64,000 nucleotides of DNA from the NCBI RefSeq assembly GCF_004010195.1, contig NC_057750.1, forward strand, positions 11,879,144 to 11,943,143, written 5' to 3'. The stretch comes from Chiloscyllium plagiosum. Lineage: Eukaryota. The position numbers and the translations under genes were made by a program. Shown in pieces: positions 59,201 through 64,000 of the stretch; the stretch's first letter is position 1, and every line of letters begins with the position of its first letter. Below the pieces are notes generated by a model. The model did no database searches and was not told the origin of the DNA. It saw only the letters and a program-made list of their open reading frames with translations.

Positions 59201-62166
59201 AAACTTAATTTGATAGATTTTTGATAGGTACCATTAATAATAGTTCTGGAACAAGGCACGTGGATGGATTAGATACAGAGAATTGAATTGTGGAATAAGC
59301 TGAACAGACCACTCTTGCTCTCATGTTCACCTGTTGTTGGAACATTTTCAGCCTGTTGATGCTCTGTATAGATACAGAACTTGCATGAGTCATAAATTAA
59401 AATCTATCTGTCTGTTAAATTCAGGCTACAATCGTGGAAGTAACACGCAGAGCCGTTGGACCAACAGCAGCACCAACAACCGTGGTACCTACAATCGAAC
59501 TCCGACCTACAACTCAACCCGCACAGCCACCTACAACAAACCCAGTTACAATCAGAGTCAGGTAACCATCATTGATAGATAATCGAGCAGGAAGAACAGT
59601 AGATGGGAGTAAGCTGGAATCAGTTGCAGTTGCCTTCTTTATTGGATATGAGGGTGAGAGTGAGCAACCAGTTTTATGAGATTTACATTCTTATGCAAGA
59701 ATTATATATTTATGTAGAGCCTTTCATATCTGCAAGGATGTCCCATTTTGTTCACTGCCCCGTGGCAGAATGAACACTTCAACTCCCCCTCCAACTCCAC
59801 CAAGGATATGCAGCTCCTGGGCCTCGTCCATTGCCGAACCCTAACCATCTGATGCTGGGAGGAAGAATGCGTCATTTTCCACCTTGGGACCCTGCAACCA
59901 CACGGGATTAATGTGGATTTCACCAGTTTCCTCATTTCCCCTTCCCCCACCTTATCCCAGTCCCAAGCATCCAGCTCGCACTTGCCCCACTTCTTGACCA
60001 GTCCATCATCTTTCCCACCAATCTGCTCCACCCTCCTCTCTGACCTATTACGTTCTCCCCCACCTTCATCTACCTATTGCATTCCCAGCTACCTTCCCCC
60101 TGCCCCTGTCCCCGCCTCCCATTTATCTCTCAGCACCCCCTTCCCCACACCTCCGGCCCACAAGCATCATTCCTGATGAAGGACTTATGCCAGAAACATT
60201 GATTCTCCTGCTCCTTGGATGCTGCCTGACCTGCTGTGGTTTACCAGCACCACACTTTTGACTCTGATCTCCAGCATCTGCAGTCCTTACTTTCTCCCGA
60301 TGTATTTTAGAGCTAAGTTTATTGAAATGCAGTCACTATCTTTGTGGATACACCTGACAGTCACTTTGTCCTTGGCAAAATCCTGCCTATTCCAGATAAG
60401 CTCTTGGTCATGGTTGTGGAAGGATAAATGTTTATGAACACTCCTCTTTTGAGCTGATGTCCATGGCACTAACCAATGTTTCTCAGATACAACTCCAACA
60501 ATGTAACCCCCTCTCATATTCTGTTGGATAAATTTGCCCAATAGGTCAGAAATCACAAAAGCACAGCTCGAAGTGAAATTGACAAACAGTTTATTGCCAG
60601 TGATATTGCTGGAAGAGAAACTGACTAGGCTGACACAGAACTGACAGTCTGTACAGGTAGATCAGAATTTCTCTTCCAGTGATATCGCTTGCAATAAACT
60701 GTTTGTCAATTTCACTTTGATCTGTGTTTTTGTGATATCTAACCTATTGGGCAAATTTCTCTGACATATTCCACGGCATTCCTCATTCATAAATGGTCTT
60801 GAATCCAACAACCATCTAACTTTGCAATGAGTGAACAGCCACTGAGTCAGTCTAACTTGTGTTTGGATTCTTCAATTAATCTCCAACTTAGTGCTTCCTC
60901 AGTTTGTATAGACTCCTGTTGGCCCCTGTGAGGCTGGTGCTGACACTTCTTGATTAATCTTCCTGCCCAAACCCGCTACAGAACAATTAAATCAAGAGAA
61001 CTGCAGACTAAAGGTTATCCTGTTTGGCCATTCTGAGTTTTAATCACCAATCTGTAATAAATTTGCTATGTTTTATTTCTGTTTCAGCCAGCACCTACGC
61101 CAGCAGTACCAACGACAACACCGACAACATACGCTCAGAGTTACACTCAGGGCTACAGTCAAGCATACACTCCCAATTACAGCTACGGAAACTATAGCAG
61201 CTATGGGAACTATAACCAAGGCTACACTCAGCCCCAGACTGCAACGCAACCTTACACCCCACAGTACCCCAACCAGTACCAGCAGGTAATTTTTCATAGA
61301 GTCAAAATGTTGTGCTAACTCATTTTTTTTGTATGTTTTAACTCTTCTTTGGTGTCAGGTATTGGGGTCTCAATGTCATTATCAGGGCATCAGGCACATA
61401 TATGGTCAGATTCAGGATTGTTGGATTCTGTGGATAGATATCCTGCCTTCAAGAGCCGCTAGTCAGTCAGAAACTGGCCGCTTCTGTAGTCTCAACAGTG
61501 CCACAGGGAGTGATAGCCACCGCTCGTGGGAGATGGGGCAGTCACTGAGTCCCAGGACCAGTAGCTGGGACAGACTTGCAAGGGACAAGTCTGGTAGGCT
61601 CAGAGTGAGGTGGAAGAGTGTGCTGCTAGAAAAACACAGCCAGTCAGGCAGCATCCAAGGGAGCAGGAGAATCGATGTTTCGAGCATAAGCTCTTCATCA
61701 GCTCTTCCTGAACATTTCAAAACAAGTCCAAGTGAATTAAGCTCACCGAGCTGGAAGGTTCATTTTCAGACGTTTCGTCACCATACTAAGTAACATCTTC
61801 AGTGAGCCTCCGGACAAAGCGTTTGAAAATGAACCTTCCAGCTCAGCGAGCAAACCTGCACCCAGAACCTCAACCTGAGCTACAAATCTTCTCAAAACTT
61901 ACTAATTTCATATCATATTTTAAAAAAGGTACATGGACGTATGGTTTTTATTTAATTCACTTGGACTCGTTTTGAAATGTTCGTTGTTTTCAGTGAAGCT
62001 TAATTGCTGTGGATTTAACATTGCCTGTATTCTCCCTTTTGTTCTCCAGTATGCACAGCAGTGGAGCCAATATTACCAGAACCAGAGTCAGTGGAACCAC
62101 TACTACGGGAACTACAGCTATGGGAATTACTCAGGAGGATCTCAGGGCTCTGGGACACAGCAGTAA
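5038..62166 (+). CDS. HNRNPUL1: Heterogeneous nuclear ribonucleoprotein U-like 1, 5'-partial spliced gene: join(5038..5193 or 5202,15921..16059,25678..25751,25865..26004,31416..31515,40268..40380,41101..41364,45503..45625,51727..51855,57959..58127,58624..58866,59425..59561,61088..61285,62050..62166)
   Basis: The spliced translation is open and phase-consistent (about 700 codons). It contains segments near-identical to vertebrate hnRNPUL1 as I recall it ([108 protein letters not shown]). All introns are GT-AG. Confidence 0.96.
5341..5698. mobile_element. Degenerate Tc1/mariner (Tigger-like) MITE
   Basis: Imperfect 26-bp terminal inverted repeats (cagcaacccttttattaaccggcacc versus rc cagcaaactttgttttaattggcgcc); TA at the right end, TG at the left. 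Confidence 0.55.
6128..8018 (+). mobile_element. Penelope-like retroelement (Neptune-type RT plus GIY-YIG), 5'-truncated and decayed
   Basis: RT motifs [36 protein letters not shown] with Cys motif ([37 protein letters not shown]); pyrimidine-rich 3' end with a hammerhead-like motif. Confidence 0.9.
8225..9760 (+). mobile_element. CR1 (HER1-like) LINE, 5'-truncated
   Basis: Same RT and C-terminal motifs as 2505-4405 ([28 protein letters not shown]) and a complete 3' tail. Confidence 0.93.
10040..11370 (-). mobile_element. Old CR1-type LINE fragment interrupted by a SINE
   Basis: Minus-strand remnants such as [22 protein letters not shown]; heavily decayed. Confidence 0.65.
10972..11225 (+). 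mobile_element. HE1-like V-SINE
   Basis: A-box head ggcacagtggctcagtggttagc, B-box, V-domain with an internal deletion, and tail. Confidence 0.85.
11843..12713 (-). mobile_element. Putative solo LTR (left boundary uncertain)
   Basis: Minus strand starts TGTTATGAAGG...GTACCTTTAAGAGAG, resembling the start at about 45879 (TGTGACAATACCGTACCTTTTAAGAGAG). Non-coding; no clean TSD found. Confidence 0.35.
13400..14052 (+). mobile_element. CR1 LINE 3' fragment
   Basis: [32 protein letters not shown] and a CR1 3' tail. Confidence 0.88.
14130..15350 (-). mobile_element. Old CR1-type LINE fragment hosting the palindromic PLE insertion
   Basis: Colinear similarity by eye with the minus-strand copies at 10040-10960 and 36135-36960. 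Confidence 0.55.
14486..14800. mobile_element. Palindromic non-autonomous element, probably PLE-derived, with two hammerhead motifs
   Basis: Inverted arms 14486-14595 and 14653-14761; 12-bp flanking direct repeat GAACTTACTTTG (14474-14485 and 14801-14812); CTGATGA...GAAA cores. Confidence 0.75.
15921..16059 (+). CDS. HNRNPUL1: HNRNPUL1 exon 3
   Basis: ctgcag| [47 protein letters not shown] |gtgagt; carries the RKRPY...GY.E.REDR motif of the hnRNPU family. Confidence 0.9.
16370..17050 (-). mobile_element. L1/Tx1-clade LINE ORF2 C-terminal remnant
   Basis: Minus-strand [25 protein letters not shown]...TVANL resembles the region around the zf-RVT motif of Tx1/L1 elements. Confidence 0.55.
17185..17211. 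repeat. (TC)n microsatellite
   Basis: About 13 TC units seen directly. Confidence 0.95.
19180..19477 (+). mobile_element. HE1-like V-SINE inserted in the Gypsy element
   Basis: Well-preserved V-domain, CR1-type tail and (AATCT)n end. Confidence 0.88.
19801..20120 (+). mobile_element. HE1-like V-SINE inserted in the integrase region
   Basis: Full tRNA head with a 21-bp internal tandem duplication, V-domain and (AATCT)3 tail; it splits the integrase between KVFQD and VISS. Confidence 0.88.
22578..22938 (+). mobile_element. tRNA-derived SINE of a second family, inserted in the 3' LTR
   Basis: A/B-box-like head (gctcagtagtaatg...gggtttgaattcc). The tail gggacaattggagatgagcagtaaatgctgg...tgaatgaataaa resembles the tails at about 11450, 27730 and 43570. 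Confidence 0.6.
24017..24210. mobile_element. Degenerate Tigger-like MITE remnant
   Basis: Repeated (c)gacttacg-like motifs and CAG...ggggat termini reminiscent of Tigger MITEs; very decayed. Confidence 0.35.
24468..24560 (-). mobile_element. PLE terminal fragment with a degenerate hammerhead motif
   Basis: rc: ctgatgaagggcttttgaccgaaacgcc...gctgcctgac; imperfect flanking repeat gaaggagtcggcat / gaaggaggcagcat. Confidence 0.7.
25678..25751 (+). CDS. HNRNPUL1: HNRNPUL1 exon 4
   Basis: ttgtag| [24 protein letters not shown] |gtaagt; phase 2 to phase 1. Confidence 0.95.
25865..26004 (+). CDS. HNRNPUL1: HNRNPUL1 exon 5 (SPRY domain start)
   Basis: cctag| [47 protein letters not shown] |gtactt. 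Confidence 0.97.
29010..29510 (-). mobile_element. Old PLE 3' fragment (GIY-YIG C-terminal part plus 3' UTR)
   Basis: Minus-strand [24 protein letters not shown] resembles FREHL...PVAEHFNS at 7495-7563. Confidence 0.6.
31416..31515 (+). CDS. HNRNPUL1: HNRNPUL1 exon 6 (SPRY)
   Basis: ttgtag| [33 protein letters not shown] |gtaaga. Confidence 0.97.
33340..33645 (+). mobile_element. CR1 LINE 3' fragment
   Basis: [17 protein letters not shown]...FKKHLDMYM plus the 3' tail. Confidence 0.85.
33740..34370 (+). mobile_element. CR1 LINE 3' fragment
   Basis: [16 protein letters not shown]...[18 protein letters not shown] plus the 3' tail. Confidence 0.88.
34380..34920 (-). mobile_element. Old CR1-type RT fragment
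   Basis: Minus-strand [12 protein letters not shown]...[10 protein letters not shown]...[19 protein letters not shown]. Confidence 0.7.
36135..37540 (-). mobile_element. CR1-type LINE (second subfamily), 5'-truncated
   Basis: [54 protein letters not shown]...[14 protein letters not shown]. Confidence 0.92.
38020..39518 (-). mobile_element. Penelope-like element (Poseidon-type RT plus GIY-YIG) with an inverted partial repeat at 39312-39518
   Basis: [19 protein letters not shown]...[47 protein letters not shown]; 3' hammerhead-like motif at 38044-38083. Confidence 0.9.
39519..40018. other. Assembly gap (500 N)
   Basis: Run of N. Confidence 1.
40024..40145 (+). mobile_element. PLE (Neptune-type) 3' terminus
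   Basis: Matches 7886-8018, with the GAAAC segment deleted. Confidence 0.8.
40268..40380 (+). CDS. HNRNPUL1: HNRNPUL1 exon 7 (SPRY)
   Basis: atttag| [38 protein letters not shown] |gtaagt. Confidence 0.96.
41101..41364 (+). CDS. HNRNPUL1: HNRNPUL1 exon 8 (SPRY end)
   Basis: atctag| [23 protein letters not shown]...[16 protein letters not shown]...GPKTKSECE |gtaggt. Confidence 0.97.
42780..43625 (+). mobile_element. Old CR1/L2-type LINE 3' fragment
   Basis: [16 protein letters not shown]...[17 protein letters not shown]...[18 protein letters not shown] related remnant lies at about 29900-30340. Confidence 0.7.
45503..45625 (+). CDS. HNRNPUL1: HNRNPUL1 exon 9 (Walker A P-loop of the PNK-like domain)
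   Basis: ctttag| [41 protein letters not shown] |gtaggt. Confidence 0.97.
46880..50640 (+). mobile_element. Near full-length CR1 LINE: esterase-type ORF1 remnant, ORF2 APE plus RT, 3' tail
   Basis: ORF1 [16 protein letters not shown] (decayed GDSL motif), [19 protein letters not shown] and [62 protein letters not shown] and FADD. Many stops. Confidence 0.92.
47550..47754. mobile_element. Palindromic PLE-terminus mini-element inserted in the CR1
   Basis: Inverted arms 47583-47658 and 47679-47753; 16-bp flanking direct repeat CAGTTGGGAAAAGGAG (47534-47549 and 47755-47770). Confidence 0.85.
50740..51072 (-). mobile_element. HE1-like V-SINE
   Basis: Full reverse-complement copy with head, V-domain and tail. 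Confidence 0.88.
51727..51855 (+). CDS. HNRNPUL1: HNRNPUL1 exon 10
   Basis: tcacag| [43 protein letters not shown] |gtactg. Confidence 0.97.
55157..55440. mobile_element. Tc1/mariner (Tigger/pogo-like) MITE
   Basis: TIRs caggtacacaatcctttgtcc and rc cgggtacacaatcctttatcc, flanked by TA on both sides (55155-55156 and 55441-55442). Confidence 0.85.
56478..56697 (+). mobile_element. Putative tRNA-derived SINE (third family)
   Basis: A-box-like tagctcacttgg and B-box ggttcaattccc with tRNA-like spacing; AT-rich end. Confidence 0.5.
57959..58127 (+). CDS. HNRNPUL1: HNRNPUL1 exon 11
   Basis: gctag| [56 protein letters not shown] |gtagga. Confidence 0.97.
58624..58866 (+). CDS. HNRNPUL1: HNRNPUL1 exon 12 (RGG region)
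   Basis: ctcccag| [24 protein letters not shown]...[19 protein letters not shown]...RGGFRP |gttagt. Confidence 0.95.
59425..59561 (+). CDS. HNRNPUL1: HNRNPUL1 exon 13 (N/Y/T-rich low complexity)
   Basis: ttcag| [46 protein letters not shown] |gtaacc; phase 1 to phase 0. Confidence 0.9.
59750..60297 (+). mobile_element. PLE (Neptune-type) 3' fragment
   Basis: Colinear with 7535-8018 (GIY-YIG end, C/T-rich UTR, degenerate hammerhead at 60173). Confidence 0.88.
60522..60766. mobile_element. Palindromic MITE-like element with TG...CA ends and a 5-bp TSD
   Basis: About 110-bp inverted arms; TATTC at 60517-60521 and 60767-60771. Confidence 0.75.
61088..61285 (+). CDS. HNRNPUL1: HNRNPUL1 exon 14 (Y/Q/T-rich low complexity)
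   Basis: tttcag| [66 protein letters not shown] |gtaatt. Confidence 0.92.
61603..61701 (-). mobile_element. PLE (Neptune-type) terminal fragment with a hammerhead motif
   Basis: rc: ctgatgaagagcttatgctcgaaacatcgattctcctgctc... Confidence 0.8.
61741..61905. mobile_element. Poseidon-type PLE mini-element with inverted repeat
   Basis: 32-bp inverted arms 61741-61772 and 61820-61851; core matches 38040-38095. Confidence 0.75.
61766..61805 (-). ncRNA. Minimal type I hammerhead ribozyme motif (intact core)
   Basis: rc: tca-CTGAAGA-t-GTTAC-ttagtatg-GTGAC-GAAA-C-GTC^-tga; all conserved core residues, helix II, a short helix I and a palindromic ACGT in place of helix III. Confidence 0.7.
62050..62166 (+). 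CDS. HNRNPUL1: HNRNPUL1 terminal coding exon 15
   Basis: ctccag| [38 protein letters not shown] (TAA at 62164-62166). Confidence 0.96.
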   Translation, partial: YAQQWSQYYQNQSQWNHYYGNYSYGNYSGGSQGSGTQQ

Positions 62167-62973
62167 AACCCAAATTCTAAAGCTACCGTCACAAAACCCT
62201 TTTTTAAAAAAAAGAACACAGAATTATTCTACTCGCAGTCTGTTGTATTTAAGATTTAAAAGCTGCATCAGGGTGTGAAACACACCAGTTTTCAGTCATT
62301 TTATTGTGTCGATATAGTAGTAGTGATTGTAAAGTTGAAAAAATTGCAAAGGAGAAGGAATAAACAGTTTAAAGATTCTAAGATGTTTCGTGTAATGAAG
62401 CCTTTTTAGATTTCTATGTAACTTTTTACTGTTAATAAGCTGTCGATATTTTGTCGGTAATCAATGACAAAATTTCTTCAAAATAATTAGAACCTTGAAT
62501 ATGTTAACTTTTTTTATATAATGTATAACTACTCATGTGACTTTGCTTGTGCATTTACGTTGAGTCTGGTTGAAACAGCTTTTTGTATCTGGGGAAGATT
62601 TATGACTGAATGACACACACACAGCTTTTTGGTGTTACTGCTGTCAATAACGTCTTGTAAGAACTTGTGTTTGTGTGAAATATAATTAAGGGCCCAGGGA
62701 ATATTTTTGATCTCAATGTTGGGTTTTAGTATCCTATCTATCTTGGATAACGAACGCTCAGAACTATCTCTGGATATGCTTCAGGTCTGGCAACTGTGCT
62801 AATTGTAAAAAGCAGGGATTCAAATGAAGAACTAAACACTCCACATTGTGTACAAACCAAACCAAATCATTTTACAATATCATTCAGGCAGTCTATTTGT
62901 TTCACTGCCACTTTGGCTGATGAACTGAAAAAAATTGTCTTCCATCTCCAAAAGCTGACAAACGTATACTGTT

Positions 62974-62979
62974 AATAAA
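62974..62979 (+). promoter_or_regulatory. Probable polyadenylation signal (distal)
   Basis: AATAAA followed about 20-40 nt later by a GU/U-rich tract (cttggtttttgggtatgttttg), at the end of an AT-rich 3'UTR with no recognisable TE. A second AATAAA lies at 62359-62364. Confidence 0.65.
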
Positions 62980-63741
62980 AACAAATCTGCCTATCTCTTG
63001 GTTTTTGGGTATGTTTTGCTTCACTTGCTTCACACAGTCCTGGTCCCTGAAGGGGGGGTATGGTATGTATCTGGTTGGACCTGAAGAAGTGGGTGTGGGG
63101 GACGAGAGAGTGTGGCCGAATATCTATCCTTCCTGAGGTGCTGTGCACGAGGAAGGTAAGTGAAAATATTCCAAGACTTGTTGCGACAGCAAATACATGG
63201 TAACTTTGTAACATAAGCCTTTTGTCACAAAATTCCACGGTAGAACTTGTGATCTCTACTTGTGGAACAAATTGTCTTTATTTGGAATGTTCTAAATAAG
63301 AAAACAATTTTTGAAAGGCATGGTTTGTGAGCTGGAGGTGAATAACTTGATCCAAATCTAGACATGAAATACCAACCTAGATACATTTACTCAGAGTTGA
63401 TTGGACCGGCATGATGGGCTGAATGGCCTCCTGTGCTGTATTATTAAATAATTAGGATATTTAATTTAATTGTGTTTACTTCCTGCATGTTATTTGGTCA
63501 CTAAATATTTTCAACTGAAGTTAGTCATTATGGGATCACGCATTTCTCTGCATTTGAGGCAGGTGAGGATATTATTATCACAGGGAACTAAATTTCGAAC
63601 ATTCAATTTACCTATTTTTCTCCACTCTCCTGATATCTTGTCACTTGAGTGAGTAGTCAAGTAACTTCTAATAACCTGTTTTGGGCAGGCATGATGAGAT
63701 TACAGAGGGTTAAAAGTGATCAAAAGTATACAGAGAGGGTT

Positions 63742-63802
63742 CCATAAGACCATAAGACATAGGAGTGGAAGTAAGGCCATTCGGCCCATCGAGTCCACTC
63801 CC
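63742..63802 (-). mobile_element. CR1-type 3' tail fragment
   Basis: cataagaccataagacataggag...aggccattcggcccatcgag, like the end of the copy at 36135. Confidence 0.6.
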
Positions 63803-64000
63803 CTGGTGAGTGAGAAAGATGCCCACAGTGAGTCGCTGAACTGTACACGTTTGCTAGGTCCCAGCTTTGGCCCTTGTGAGGGACATTTTTTTTGCTACCT
63901 TCACAGCCTAAGTGGTAATCTTGTGCAATAGATCACATGCCTGTTCAGAAGCCACTTGACTTTCAGTCCAGAAATGTATGTATTGAAAATTGGGTGTGAT

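Noticed and set aside
5038..62166. Assignment as HNRNPU or HNRNPUL2
   Set aside because: Diagnostic segments ([39 protein letters not shown] terminus) match hnRNPUL1 as I recall it, not the paralogues.
1..64000. CRISPR arrays, operons or other prokaryotic systems
   Set aside because: The sequence is a vertebrate intron-exon locus; no regularly spaced repeat-spacer array was seen.

Overview
Eukaryotic genomic DNA, almost certainly from an elasmobranch (shark), judging by HE1-type V-SINEs and CR1/HER1-type LINEs. The window holds most of one + strand spliced gene, HNRNPUL1. I traced 14 coding exons (probable exons 2-15, 5038-62166) with GT-AG boundaries and consistent phases, encoding SPRY, P-loop/PNK-like, RGG and Y/Q/N-rich C-terminal regions. 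The SAP-domain first exon was not found and presumably lies upstream. The introns are filled with decayed mobile elements: many CR1 LINEs (one nearly full length with an esterase ORF1), SINEs, Penelope-like elements (PLEs) of at least three families, a degenerate Gypsy element with integrase before RT (Gmr1-like order), and MITEs. The most notable signals are: (1) a dense cluster of U1/5' splice-site consensus motifs around a frameshifting candidate microexon in intron 10, plus two more poison-splicing candidates in intron 11; (2) about a dozen minimal hammerhead-ribozyme motifs in PLE termini, several in palindromic mini-elements, with one core fully intact; (3) a 245-bp TG...CA palindrome with a 5-bp target duplication. 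All assignments were made by eye without database searches, and TE boundaries are approximate unless a TSD or TIR is quoted.
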